From Auanema rhodensis (Eukaryota > Animalia > Nematoda), in contig OZ059899.1 in assembly GCA_964057225.1 (NCBI GenBank), positions 15,748,001 to 15,812,000 on the forward strand: 64,000 bases of DNA, read 5' to 3'. The notes beneath the pieces are model-generated. The model saw only the letters and a list, made by a program, of their open reading frames with translations. It had not been told where the DNA came from and made no database searches. Both the position numbers and the translations under genes were made by a program. Below, piece by piece: positions 27,151-41,461 of the stretch. Each line of letters begins with the position of its first letter. Position 1 is the stretch's first letter.

Positions 27151-29053
27151 ATGGCTTTGGATAATTGGGCAGAATTTCATTTTCCCGCTGTATGTTTCAA
27201 TATAGGTATATAAAAAATACTGTATCAAATTTAGGAAACATATATGAATTATTATAACGAATTGGATCATATTAGTAAAATAAATCCTGTAGAAGAATTG
27301 CTACCAAATCCTCCGGCAAAAGTTATACGAACTATTGTGGTGTGTACGGGAATAAGTTCGTTCAGTATAACCTTTTTAGGATGATGATGGCTCCCTAGTT
27401 TCTTATATTGAAGAGGATGAAGAATATCAGCAACGCCGTATCTTCAGACCTGCCCTGCAGTCTCAAAGAAATTCATTCGTGTTAAATGCTTTGAAAGAAT
27501 TTTTCTTAAAATTCGGAGATATACGAACAGTATGTTCGATTTCATCTGAGTTTATATAGGTTATATTGTAGATAGCTGTCATGGGATGTGGAGCCTTTTC
27601 ATTAGAAAGATTTATTATTCACCAGGTTTCTGAGTTCGGAACCGGCCTCATACTTTCTGTAGATATATGCAAGAAGACTATGCAATCTGGCTTGACCAGC
27701 TTAAAGTAATTCAATTTCAAGTTTTTCGGAATTTTAACATTTATCTTGTAGAAGTAGTGTAAATATTGTACATTCAATGCTAAGTGAAAGTATAAGTCGA
27801 CCGACCATGCTTGAGCAATATCAAGGTATTCATCACGCTTTAAGAATTGTTATTCATCGTTATTTAAGGTGATATAACGTTAAATGATGATAGATTTAGT
27901 GGTATTGACTGTGTATGTTCCGTTGAAGTGTTAGTTTTACATCACTGTTTTTAAACATTAATTATTTTCCAGTATTGAACATATGTCGCTGTCAGAAGCT
28001 GAAAGCTTTGTAAAAAATGTTCTAGGATTTATACAGCCTAAACTTTTTATATTGTCTACTCCAAATCATGAATACAACTTGGCCTGTCAGTTACAGATTG
28101 TTCGTTACTTCTTACAATTTTAAAATTTTGCAGGGAATGGAATTGGCTCTTTTCGCCATGACGATCACAAGTTTGAATTTACCCGCCACGAATTTGAACA
28201 GTGGTAAGTTTCTGATTATTTGGATTTTTCATGCAGTTAACTTTGCTTGTCAAACATTTTTTTGTTTTCCATGTTCTGAATAACTCATATTCTTCCAGTT
28301 TCCATTCATCGTAAACATTTTTTTAGGATTAATAATCTGGTCCAGGAATATCCGTTTTACGATTATACCTTTCATTATGTTGGAAATATTAGTGGTTAGA
28401 TATATTCTCGTTTTATCTTTCATCATCATTCAAATTTTCCTTTCGAAGGTTATGAACATCTGTCGGGAGCAACGCAATTTGTCGTTATGTCAAGAAAAGC
28501 CGATTGTCTTCCACAACAATTTGCCTCAGTGCCCAGGAACTATAAAAAGGTTTGTCTGAAAATAATTTTAAACATATATTTCTAACTTGTATTTAGGTTG
28601 GGCAAGTAGTAGTATACGGGTGCTTTAAAGGTGTATCAAGGTGGGTTTGCAAGAACGCTTTGAAAGCATACTTAGAGCAAAATACTTTAGATGAGACGAA
28701 TTTAGTTGTTAGTTAAATTTTCTCTAATTAAATATAATTATTTTGACAATCCAGCAACATCCATATGGGAGAACTTGGGAAATAGATGCTAGGGATGTGC
28801 TCAAACATGTTGTTGCTCCAGAAGTGCTTACTGAAAGGATAACTGTTGATGTGATGGTGTGAGTCTACAAGTATTTTTCTTATCAGGTTCTCTTTTTTTA
28901 TTAAGAGATGCTATTCGAAATCAGATGGAAGGGTTTGTCGTCTGTTTGAAAGTAGGCATGCGTGGCTCAGAAGCATGTCTTATAATTCCTGAAGCGACAA
29001 CTATTGAAAAAGTCAAGTCACTTTTAAATAAGGAAATTCCATATTTTTTCTGA
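27151..29053 (+). CDS. henn-1: Small RNA 2'-O-methyltransferase HEN1/HENMT1
   Basis: IFRPALQSQR (FxPP-like), SAM motif AVMGCG, VEVIEHM, LSTPNHEYN, FRHDDHKFEFTRHEFEQW, GATQF. Confidence 0.92.
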
Positions 29054-32000
29054 AAGGGAAACAGTTAGGGGAGTTCTGTCAGCTGTAAACTCTTTGGGAA
29101 CTTTCCGGTTTTCCATAAATTTACCTTCTGATGAATTTTGTTATTCACTTTTTTTGGAGAGAACTTAGATGTTTCAATAAATTTCTATTATCAATATGCC
29201 ATAGTTTTTAGTATTTCGGTAGAAAGAATAAAGTTATCTCTAAATTTCCTAAATTAGAGCTGCGAAATAAGAGAGATGAAAAGCTGCAACTTGTTGATAC
29301 GTAATTCCTCGAAACAACAGCTGTCTCATAGTATCATCTAGGTCTAACTTCGATTCTCCTCCCATCCTTCTCACTATATCACTATTTCTCGTTACTTGAT
29401 CATTCTTCTGTTGGAATCCTAGCGACTCATTCATCTTTAAGTTTGTCTAATCATAAACTTCCGTTGGTTTAACATTATCTCCAGTATTCTTGATTGTTAA
29501 GTAAGGTCTTAATGAGCTTTTAAAGTTCTGTCTTTTGTCATATGCTTCATTTACAAATCATATAATAGCACTACTCTACTTTTTTCTTTTTTTTGAATTG
29601 CTTAGTTGACTTGAGTTTGGATTATGAAGTCTTAAAATCTCCCCGGTGGTTTCGCCCATAACATGCTCCTCGTCGTCCCTATCATAAGCTGCATCGTCAC
29701 AGTCCTGCTTTCTTACGAAAACGGTTCAAGAATCATTATAATCCATCTGTGAAAGTTCATTATTCAATTGATGTTTTTGATACTTTGTGCTTGTTTCAGC
29801 CTATTGAAATGAAACAAAAATAATTTAATATCACTTCATCATGTCTTATGTGGGGTTTCCTTCTTTTTTTTTGATTCTATTGGTTCCGGCTTTAAAGCGT
29901 GTGTCGATTCATTGTTTGAGCTCCTTCATCTTCTCCCTCTAGTTCCGCTTGGTAAAGAACACAAAGCATTTTCTGTATTCACACTTGTTTTTTAACCCTT
30001 TCCACTTCTATCAGTCAAAGAAGAGGAAGAAAAAAATGAATTTCATGCTTTATTTCCGGTGCTAGCTTCGATGATTTTGTCGTCACTACCACCAAGCATA
30101 GGGCACAAAATCTGTTTGCGAGTAATTGTATATACATAACTTTTACTTGAAGTTTCTTGGATTTATCTTCAGTGTAATCGGATGCTTAACATTTGTCTGA
30201 ATGACCTCCTCAGCTTCCTGTTCATGTTTCACTTGTATTTGAACTTTGTCTAATGAGGAATTCAATCATCATATGTGTCGCTTTTTCTACCCGTTTTAAG
30301 GGTAGAACTCATCGTGAGAACGTCATCATTCTCATCTTCTCCGATGGCGTCTTCTAAGCTCAGAATCCTTTGGCTGTCATTCCTTCCCTCGTTTTTGTCT
30401 TCTTCACTTGCCCCTAATCCAACTACACATGGCAGTTGGCTTTAGCTTCCAAGTCATCGGATGCCTGTCCCGCTGTCGTTCACTGAGCGGATCTTCCGTT
30501 GTTTTTGCCAAATCTGGTTGGAACTCCGGAGCAATGATGCTGTCATTCATCATTTTGTTGTCATTGGTTCAATAGTCAATACTGACGTAGCGATCATGAT
30601 GATGAAGTCCGAGCTGATGAGTTCATCTGTCTGATGAAATTTGCCGTCAAAGTTTCTTCTTTTCATCATATTCGTCTCATTTGCATTTCCTAGCATTCTT
30701 CCTTGTCTAAGCTTCAACATAGATTTAGCTCGTGATGGAAGGAGAGAAAATAAGGCAAAAAAAAAAAGATAAAAAATAAAAATAAAAAACACATAAGCAT
30801 GAAGACGAGTGATGAGGTGTGAACAAGATCTGTTTTTAGCTCTTCACGACTAGCTCCACCCTTCAGTTTCAAACTTCGCGTGAGTTACACGCAGCTCACG
30901 CATATAACGTAACTCCGTACTATTTTTATTTTGTTCGTCAAATTAGCTGCAAGCGGTTGCTTTTTCTGTTCCGGACAGCAGGTTCCTTCAAATATCACCT
31001 TACTTACATATCCAGTGTTAGTCATTTTAATATTTTATATTTTTTTAAATGTGTTTCCTTTTTGGTTTTGTTCATTTCCTTGTTTTAAACAAATGATCGT
31101 GTCTTTTTTTCTTTTAGTACCATCATTTCCGCATTTTAATTCTCAGTTAGCTTTTAGTTATGATTTATATCCACATCTGAGCTAAACAACATGCAAGCTC
31201 ACTATGTATGTGCATGACAAACTCGCTAAGAACAATCTTTACAATCTTTCCCTAAATGGGACTATAGGACACTTCTTAGCGATCAGTCTTTGTGTGACCT
31301 TTTCTTGTTCGTCCACTTAACATCTTTATGCTCATCATCAAAATTCTAAATTCTTGAAGAACATTGAGCTTTTGACTTGCAGTTTGCATTTTCTTTCATT
31401 CTGTATGTCACGTGAAGGTGTCTTCTCATTAAATACAATTTAATCACCTAGTTGTGAGCATTCAATTTTCGTAGTGAAATCCGTCAAAAGCTTTTAAAAG
31501 TATTGCCATCCCCTTTTGCTAAGCTTTTGATTTCAATTGATACTTTTTATCCTCTTCGACATTTTAGGTACAGCGTAGCCAGATATCTCATTTGAAAAGC
31601 AGAAAGGAGAATCTGAAGATCTATCTGATCTTTATGCAAATGCTCTCGAACTCAACTAACGAAAACCACAAGTAGTGGTGGGTTGTGAATTTGAAAGCTA
31701 ACTTCTGTTTCCTTGAATCAATTGGTCAACGAGAATATATGCAAATAGGTTCTTCAAAATTTTAAATTTTCATTAAACGAGTTCAGCTTTTGTCCTTCAT
31801 CACTGTGCTTCTTTTATACTCATCGTATCCTTCATCTTTTTTCTCCTATTGAATTCCGACTCATTTTAGCTGTTTCCGTCCATTCCCGTCTATTGCTTTT
31901 CCCTCCTTTTTCCCAGAGAAGACGTGCTTCCTATCTAGTTTGTAACTTTCAATAGTCTTCTGCCATTAAGATCAACAACATTAGCGAGTAAAAAGTTAAA

Positions 32001-33224
32001 GGACAGTTCTGTCATGTTCTTATCAACTCTACTGAATATTTGTAATTTTATTCGCGAAAACATCACGTAACCACCTCTTGATTTTGTCTTTTGCAGGTTC
32101 CAAAAAATGAAAAACGTTTTTTTCAAGGTATTTATCGTTCTTTTTGGAAAATAAAATAAAAACTAAGCACTTGAAGGAGAGGATCGAGTGGGATAGAAGA
32201 GGGTGTGAACAGGAAAATTTAGATTCAAAACATGACTATGTCATCAGTTCATGTCCTATGGGAAATGAACTAGTTCATGACAATGCTGTGCAATGTCTTG
32301 TGGAGCCAAAACTTTGTTGAAAAAAAAAACAAAAAAAAACCCAAAAGCGCATATCCATATTGGCTTTTTTGCTCGAAAGAGAAAAAAACTGAAAATGGAG
32401 AAATAGAAAGAGCTGACGGCCACAGTTTGAGAAAAAGGCAACAAGATAAAACATCCGCATCAACATGCAGATGTCTTATCGGCGTTTGATCCGCTATAGT
32501 TATGACGGACATATACGAATACGAGATGTCTTTTAATTTTTCCACATTCAGAAACAGATATTTTGGGATTTCGTTTTGTCTGTCATTCTGCCAGCAAGTG
32601 TCTCTTGTGTGTCTCCTTACTCAAACTCTATGAACCCTATCAAAAGCGTATAGTTGTTTTCTTCGAGTAACCTACTCTCGAGTTAGCTTATCCTCTCTCT
32701 CTCTCGCTGTTTTCTCTTTGTGTCAACCTCTCTAGCTTTTCTCTCTCTCTATTTTTGGTATTTCAGTTTTCTTCCTTCATATGGTGTCGTCGTACAAGAT
32801 GTGTTTAATACTTTTCTTCAGCTCTTCACTTATGCAACATTTGAACGGTCATCCCATATTCCCCTTCTGTTATGCTTTTTCACGTTTCAACAGCAGAAAA
32901 GACGAGGATTTAGATGTAAGATGATATTCAGTGACTGAAAAGGCATAGAACAAGAGATTAAAAAAACTGTTTTGTTCCACCTCTTGTCATCAGAGAATAA
33001 CTGCGAGAGGGTTGTTGAATGAGACAGAATTTCAATCCCAATACATCACGCATTCAGTCAATTGTTCTCATACTACTAATATTTTTCCTTTAAATGGTTA
33101 TTCTTTCAAGAATTAACAGAGTTGTTCTGAATGTTTTGAAGTAAATTGAACATTATTATGTCCTCGTATTCGTTTTCGGTGTTCAAATTCTCGTTCGCAC
33201 ATTTTTCTTCTATTTCTCTTTCCT

Positions 33225-33225
<1 letters not shown>

Positions 33226-33273
<48 letters not shown>

Positions 33274-33331
33274 TCTCTCTCTCACCCTCTCTCTCCGCCT
33301 CTCTCTCTCTCTCGCTCTCCCTCCCTCTCTT
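33226..33331 (+). repeat. poly-C plus (CT)n polypyrimidine microsatellite
   Basis: C-run followed by long, partly interrupted CT repeats. Confidence 0.9.
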
Positions 33332-35817
33332 TCTTTTTTTTAGTCCTCTTTCTACTGCTTACTTCTCCTTCGATAAAAGCTCATCTTTCACATGATGCTC
33401 AGCAACGTGGAAGAGTAAGGAGCTCATTAGGTGAAGACATCATCATAGTTGTCGTAGACATCGTGGCTGTCGTCATCTCGCAACGGGAGTTGTCATCCTT
33501 GTGATGTGTGTATGTACGTCTTCACCACAAGAAGTAACTATTTCACATGCTCATCGTCGTCGCCATCATCATGTTTCGCATCTTTTGTTCTTCCGTTTAC
33601 TTCTTTTTCCGAACATTACTCTTCAAACCACTTATGTCAATCTCAATCAGCTTCTCATTTTGCATACTTTTGTGCCCTTAAAGTTCCAATTACCTCCGCT
33701 TTTACGCACATTATTTAAACGGATGTCTTCCTCTTCTCTCCCCATTTCATTGTAGAAGAAAACGCACGTGATCTACTGTTAGGATGGAAAGAGAAGACTT
33801 TTTGTCTTATAGAAGCACAAATCAGTGGAAACAAAGACGATTTAAGCAAAATTCCCCAAAACGATGTTTTTATGAGAGGAAAGAGAGGAAAGAGCAACAT
33901 CAAGACGGGAATTTCTTTTTCTTCCGAGTCCCTCTTTAAGATAACAAATTGCCAGTTTATGATGAAAATGGCTGTGATGATGACAAAGCTGCTAATGATG
34001 AAGATGATGACTTGTAGCACCTTGCATCCTCAATATTTCAAAATTTGCTCTTTTCCGGATCCTTGTCAGATGTGTGCATGAGTGTCTTTTCGCCATCGCC
34101 CTTTCTTCACAACATCACCACTCATCGTTCGGCTCTCTCTTTCTCTCTTATTCTGTCTTCAAAATTTCAAATAAGCATTCTCTTATGAGATGCTTTTTTC
34201 CTTCTAGCTTTTTCTCTCTTTTTTCTTGCTCCGTCATGTAATAGCCATTTCTGACCAAGAGCAGTATCCCGAGACCAACAGCCCACGGCCGACCTCTGCT
34301 CCACCCGCTGAATCTGTCTTTTATCTGAAAATGAGCTAAGAAATTCATTCAGCTCACAAGGTTTATACATGGTTTCCTTCAAGTCGATTTTGCAACAACT
34401 GCCAAAATAGGAAAAGACAGGTCGTTGTATTCGGGAACAACAGATCTTATAATTGTTGAAAAAGCCGTGTCTGTTTTTTCTCGACCACCTAGTTGAAAAG
34501 GAAGAAAGAATAGGTAGGTACTGGGACATGGTTGAATGTAAATGAGGAGAGAGAGGTAAAAGGAAGTGAGTGAAATATGATGAAGAGATATGTAGCTCGT
34601 AGAAAAAATAAAGGGTAAGCAAAATCTTTTTTGCAGTCTATGCTATGAAGAAACTGTGCTTGGAAAACACACTCTCATTTCTCTCTTCAATCTTTTTTCT
34701 TTCTTATATATATATATTATATGTGGATGTGGATGTGGATGGAAATATCTTTTTCTTAGCTTCTCCAGGCAACGTGATCGTATTTTTTGTTAAAATTCCT
34801 CTTTTTCTCGTTTTTGTCGTTGTCGTTATCGTCTACTCGTATGGGACTCTTTTTTTGCTTTGTGTTATGTCGGCAAGAGGAACAAACTGCTGGTTATGTA
34901 GGTTATTGCTTCCTAATACAACTCAACCTATTCTCTTCCTGTCTGTGCCTGCTCATCCTCCTCATACTATTTTAGTACTGCTGCTACTCCACCCACTCCT
35001 TCTCCTCATGCTTCTTTTGCTGTTGGTCTTCTCGTGTTTCTTCAATCTAATCATCAGCTTTACATCTTTCTACACCTCCTACTACTTTATCTTCATCGTC
35101 GTATTCTCATTTTACAACTATATGTATGTCTGTATGTTATGTGTTCTGACATTTGAGGATAGCTATCCATGATGCTGTCGAGGAAAGGCATTAACCAATC
35201 CAATGAGCTTTCATACATCTTGTAAAAAACGCATCAGATTTCATGAGTAGTCATGTAGACATTTCGTCACTGTGTATTTCAAATGAAACATCTTTTCTGA
35301 CATCTGTGTCTACAGCTGATAGCTATGGAAATATTTTTTTCATTCCATTCGAACATCGAAAAGTCATCAGAGTATTCACCCACGTCGTCTACTAGTCCTC
35401 CCTGTAAGAGATCATCAGTCCCTCTCTCTCCCTCTCTCTTTCTCGTTTTATTTTCCCTTTTTACTGCTCTTTATACAACTTCTTTGAAATAGAACGTTTC
35501 TACGTAGTCTATCTAACTGTCAAACGATCAAAGTCTGCTCGCCTGAATGAGGTATAACCCGACAATTTGTGATCAGTCTGTCATCCGAAAAAACGACGAA
35601 AACTAGCTTCTTACTGCAAATAGTTGCATTCTCGACAAAACAACTAAGATTAGAAAATACTAGTAATGAGCATAATAGAAGAGATGGGATTGACAGAGAA
35701 ATGTCAAACAATAAATTCCTTTTTTGGCTCAGTCTTCTTTCTGTGTGAAAACCGTTTATCAATACCATCCACTCGAAAAAATGATCGAGACTTTTCCTGA
35801 ATAGCCCATGAAGATGT

Positions 35818-35840
35818 TGATGATGATGATGATGATGATG
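35818..35840 (+). repeat. (GAT)n microsatellite; related (GAC)n tracts at ~35998-36020 and ~36714-36746
   Basis: Direct inspection. Confidence 0.85.
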
Positions 35841-37817
35841 CGTAAGAGTAATAATACCAAGCTAAACGGTGACGAAGACGAAATTTGCAATGCTTCGGTT
35901 CGTTTTTCGTTTATGAACCTTTTAATAATAAGATGATGACAAAAAATATCGAAGAAAAAAAAAGAAAGAAGAAGCTTAAAATAAGGCTAAGAATACAGAC
36001 GACGACGACGACGATGATGATAGAGTGTGCTTCATGAGCTTAGCTTCACTTATACACATGCAATTCCATTCAGTTTTTTTTTCGAACTTTTGTCCTTATC
36101 AACAATTCAAATAGATTTTCAGCACCGAGTGATCCTCCCTACTCTTACGCATCAAAGTTTCGCAAAATCACCAGCATCCATGAATCTAAATCACACATGG
36201 ATCAACTACTATATGTTGTTCTCACATTTATAATTATTTTATTTCAGTTGTTGGTATCGTTTCTCCTCCTGCTGTATTTTTTAATGATCATGCTTTTCTC
36301 TCTCCTTTTTCTCTCTTTCTCTCTTTCTCTCTATCGTTCATCAATCTCTCAGACTTCCTGCCATGTTCTTTGTGTGAGAGTTGCAGCAAGCACAAACGCA
36401 TGTGAGCACATTTCTCATATGCACTTTATGAATAAAGCTTGTACATCTATCATAGATCAAATAGAAACTTTTAGGTATTTAAGGCTCAGAGACTATTACT
36501 TTGTTAAACGTATACACATGTTCAATATACAATATATCGGGTGTGCATGTGTGAGCTTTAGAGAAAAAAAGAAGAGAGTGAGGACCCAAAAAATGAGGAG
36601 CAAAACGACCAAAAATGAGACAACTTCAAGACCCAAAACACTGAGCTTCCATAATGGCCTACTGACTTGGGGGAGGAGAGAGCATTGCCTTTTTTTCTAG
36701 CTTGATCCCGAATGACAACGACAACGACGAAGACGACGACGACGACTAAGAAGAGTCTCGTTCGTTCAACGGATGTGCTTCAAGCTGCGGAACATGAGTC
36801 TCCATCTCAAGCTCTTATTCGTTTCGGTTCTTGTTATATTCATGTTTCTCTTCTCGTATAAACATAGCTGAATGTACTTTACCAGAGAGAAAAAGAGAGA
36901 AAGAGGGAGGGGAATGGGAAAGAGAGAGAGAGAGAAATAAGTGGAGTTATATGAAGGAATTGTTGTCTTCCCATTATTTCTTTTTGAAATATTATATCGC
37001 AAATCGAGTTGCACTCAACTTAAAAAGCGATTTTCGCCACAGTCTGCTATATACATATCTCTACAAGTACCATCTGGAGAGAACTATGATAGACTTCATC
37101 ATGAAGTCATCATGCTGCTCTGTCAGCTTTTTCGTCGTCCCTCCTCTTCCTTCTTTGTCTTCTTCTTCTTCTTAATCTCACAATTTTGAGATAAATCGCT
37201 GAACCTTCAAAGAATATAAGCATTTTCATGCAACATCTACCTCAACTTTGTTTTGCAGCTAAAGTTCATCACAACAATTTTGCCACCAATTTTTAATTTA
37301 TTCACCGTTTATGTATATGCCATGGAGCGCCCTCTTCTAAAGCTATGACTTCATGTATTTATTCCTTAATTTCAATTTTTTTATTATTTATTGTGTTTTA
37401 TACACTTTTTATAATTCATAGTGCAAGTTTCATAGAATGCAAAACTTTTGATAACTCAGTTGTTTTACGTTATTTCAATGTTTTAATTTTTTGTCTCTCG
37501 CTCGATTCCCTGGCTTTCACGCCAAACCTACTCTCACAAGAAAATGTACTCTATGAAAGATTAGATGGTTTTCTGTCCATCTTATTGCTTTATACTCACT
37601 TTTTACTGCTATAATTTCGTTTTTGATCTTCTCTTCTTTATCGTTTCATCCTTCACAACGTTTTTTTCATTTTTTTTCTTCTTCGTTCTATCCAAATATT
37701 AATATGAAATTTTATGTTTTTTTACTGTGAAAAAAAAAAGTCAAACGAAATAGCACAACTGAATTTCTTTTTGCAGAATCTTTATAAAAGACTCCAATCA
37801 TTGAGAAAGACAATATC

Positions 37818-39272
37818 ATGCCAGTTGACAAGGATAATCTCTTTTGGACAGCTTTACTTGATCACAAAATTCCTAAAAAGAAGCTTAAGAAAAAGGTCTG
37901 TTTGAACTATCAATTGCCTATTTCCTTTTCAAGTATACAAGTTGTTTGAATTTTAGAAATTAGTTCTTACTTCCATTTCTCACTAACATAAATCATTTTT
38001 ACATCTTCCGTTACAGGCTAAACTTGACAATATCGATGAACTCTCCCTACGATATGATGTAGCTAAAGCTGATGTTCAAAAGGTTCTTCACTGTTTTCGA
38101 TGTTTTATTCTGAATAGATCATATGTCAAAGACTAAAGAAAGTGACTAAACTGTACTATTTTAGGTTTACAACATCTTTCTATCAATGGATGATGACGGA
38201 TCCGGAACCATATCCGCTTCTGAGGTTTGCATTTAGGCTTGTTTAGAAAAACAGCCTCAATTTTGAGAGTTATCTTGATTTTCTTATTTGAAAAAACACA
38301 AAGAATAAAGAGAATTTGTCATGAACTTTCAAAGCTAATAGTACATTGAATAAGAGAGTTTAAAAAACAGTTTTATATGAAACATTCGGATAAATATAGT
38401 AATTAAGTTTTCATTTAGGTTGCCAAAATGTTGTCAGATTTTGGGTGCGATGTCTCCCCCAAAGTAGTGCAAGCCGTAATGCGAGCTTCTGATAAGAGCG
38501 GAGATGGAGAAATTGATTTTGAAGAATTTTTGGCAGCTGTCACTTCAAAGATCAAGGTAAATGGGGGTCATTTAAAATGTTTTCTTTTTAAAAATAAGAA
38601 ATTTTTGTTGTAAAAATCTATCCTCTCCTTTGAGTTGTTGCTTTCAATTTGATTTAAATGGTTTTATTCAAACTTAGGAATCATTACCGTCAGTGGATGA
38701 TGGCTCGTTGAACGAAGAGAAAGAAGTATTAATTCTTACTTTTATTTCTGTTTGTTCGTACATAACATTTGTGACAATATTATCTAATATTCTGAATGTT
38801 TTGTCTTTCTTCTTCATAACTTAGTTTAATCTTTGTTTTTTGTTTTTCTAACACCAACCATATAAGAGCTATAGCAGCAGGTCTAGAATACGTGCTTATA
38901 GCTATAACAAACTCACTTATCAAACTTCAAATTCTGAATTATCCTCTTTTCAGCTGAAGAACTGCAAGGCGGATATTCATGTAATGTTCCAGAAGTTTGA
39001 TCAAAATGGTGATGGCCTGGTAACGTTAATCACATTTAGTTCTCAGCTAACAATAACAACCTTTTTCAGCTTTCCGCAGAAGAGTTGGTTGTGGCATGGA
39101 GGGAAACACTCAAAACGAAAATTACCGTTCAAGAAGCTGCATCCCTCATACAGCAGGTCTCTAACCAAGCTTTAGCTGTGTTCAAATTTTGACGTGTATT
39201 TTTCAGGCTGACACTGAAGGCAGAGGGGCTGTAACAATAGGAGAATTCATCACCATGTGCCAGACAGTCTGA
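37818..39272 (+). CDS. Calmodulin-like four-EF-hand protein with basic N-terminal extension
   Basis: MPVDKDNLFW..KKKLKKK | AKLDNIDE.. | MDDDGSGTISASE | ..SDKSGDGEIDFEEF.. | FDQNGDGLLSAEE | ADTEGRGAVTIGEF..CQTV*. Confidence 0.88.
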
Positions 39273-40601
39273 AACAGTCAAATTTTCCAAATTTATTTAC
39301 CATAAACTTGAAGCGTTTCTATTCATTTCTCAAGAATTATCCAAAAATATAGTCCAAATGGTATGAATTGCAGTTATCGGAATATTCTTATTCGCAAAAC
39401 CTTCTTTGGAAATTGAAAACTGGAAATTATTATTATTCGAAATGTAAACGAACAATTATATTATTAATATTGTTCATTCATGAAAGGTTATTTTGTTGTT
39501 TATTCGTCATTCCTTGAACTTTTAGTTGAGAAACATTCCTACAAGGTAGATCTGTCCAATTGTTTTATCCTCAATAAATCTTATAAATAGTATTTAAAAC
39601 ATAATTTACCAAAATATGCAAATATCCATTGAAAACAGTGTTCAAAGTCAAAACTGCCACAAACTACATGATAAGCTCATTTAACAACAAAGCACATTGA
39701 TGGGGCAAACACAAAAATTTTCAAATTAGCACAAATGCTATGAGTAGGAAATCTCAATCGCATTTTACCTGATTTGACAAGAGGTCCGGATAATAAAGGA
39801 AGCACTATTCCGTTTCATAATAATTTGATTTAGCTACAGATAGGAGGAAGTAAAAAATTCAAATCATGATAACTTTAGCTAGCAGATACATTCATCTCGA
39901 GATGAGATAGCTTTCAGCCTTTTTTTTTTCGCTTCTCTTGGTTGATTTTAATTGTTTTTCTCCCAGAAGTCACACCGATTAATGTTCTCGAATTTCTTCA
40001 AAAGATTTTCATATCAAATTAGAGTGAGAGAATGAGAAGAGAAAGCGTGGAACGGTTTTTCATGCGACCAACTATACGAACAATGTGAAGAACTGGAATT
40101 AATTTGAAATACTAAGTGTCTTGCAGGATCCCAGGAATATTACGCACTTTGTGAAGTTTCCCTGAACTTCCAAATCAGTCCTATTGATATACAAAATATT
40201 TCAGTGCTAATTTAGATTCGTTTCAATGCTCTAGTGAACTGCATGATTACTACTACTTATTTACTATTAGATTTTAAAACCGCGACTTCTAGCTTTTTTT
40301 ATTTTCACAATATTTGTACCAGATGGTATGAAACACATCTGCTAGTCGGCATTAGGCAGCATTCACAACATAGGATTGTTTCCATGAATTCATTGTTATG
40401 AACACCAAATCTCATGATATATCTAAGCATTCATATTCATAAGCAAATAGCTTTTTAACACAAATATTGATTTTTTTTTATATTGGATTGTGAAATAATA
40501 AAAAAATTGTTCTAATCTAATCCAGCTTAAGAAATCAAAAGATAAATTTATTGATGCTTGCCATTTGAACATAAGAAGAAAAGGGCGTTATAAAGTTCAC
40601 C

Positions 40602-40609
40602 TTCGCGCC
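40602..40609 (+). promoter_or_regulatory. E2F/EFL-1-type motif TTCGCGCC upstream of the vem-1-like/emb-1/cde-1/pup-2 cluster
   Basis: Exact TTCGCGCC ~200 bp upstream of the first ATG, with TTTGAA (CHR-like) at ~40564. Confidence 0.45.
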
Positions 40610-40806
40610 GCGGATTTCTCGAACAAGTCACATTTTTGACTACACGGCAATTTACTTTCCTGTTTTCTTTTTATGATTGAAACTTTTGTTCTCTTGTAAC
40701 TTTCTTAATTGTTCATAATCGATTAGTTAACTCTACATGATGAGTCCCTGTTGCTAAGCATTTTTACAATTTTAAAATCACTGAAATATGCATATATTTT
40801 GTTTAG

Positions 40807-41461
40807 ATGGTTGATCTTGGCTCCCTATTTGAAGTCACATCAACTGATGTGGTACTAATTGCTATTTTACTTGTTTTGGTATACAGATGGTATAGAAGAC
40901 AGGCTGCTCCTGAAATTCCTCACCCAGCTCCTGTTATGGTAATATTTTTTGATACTTCATTGTTCTTCAATGTCGTTGCATCATGTTAGGTTGCGCCTTT
41001 GCCCATGTCCGATTTTACTACTGAAGAACTAAAGAAATACGACGGTGAAAATGATGAACATATTCTTCTAGCTGTCGATCGTATTGTATGCTATGCATTT
41101 ATATATTTATTTGAATGTCGTTTTTCCTTTTTTAGATTTTTGATGTAAGCAGATCTAAAAGCTTCTATGGAAAGGGCGGCGCTTACGAAAAACTCGCTGG
41201 CCATGACGCCACTAGAGCCCTGGGGGCGATGAATGTAGATTTGGTTAAGGATGAATGGGATGATTATGAAGGCATTAATGACGAACATATGGTATAATAA
41301 CTATCAGTGTTATTTTTAATTCCTGTTGATAGGGAACTGCCAATGATTGGAAAGATAGCTTCTTGCTCAAGTACGCTACCGTTGGTCGTTTAGTTGAAAA
41401 AGCTCAACAGAAAAAGAATTACGACGGAAGAATATCTAGTATCAAATCTCTTGACTTATAA
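40807..41461 (+). CDS. vem-1: Membrane-associated progesterone receptor (MAPR/PGRMC, cytochrome b5-like; vem-1-like)
   Basis: N-terminal TM, DFTTEELKKYDG..ILLAVD | FDVSRSKSFYGKGGAYEKLAGHDATRALG, DWKDSFLLKYATVGRL. Confidence 0.85.

Noticed and set aside
33380-33440. Bantam/mir-81-like sequence in a loose hairpin
   Set aside because: The seed does not match (TGAGCATC versus TGAGATC) and the pairing is poor
33146-37189. Long hydrophobic ORFs (e.g. 34645-35172, 36197-36700)
   Set aside because: Produced by T/C-rich low-complexity sequence that lacks stops; no splice structure or family motifs
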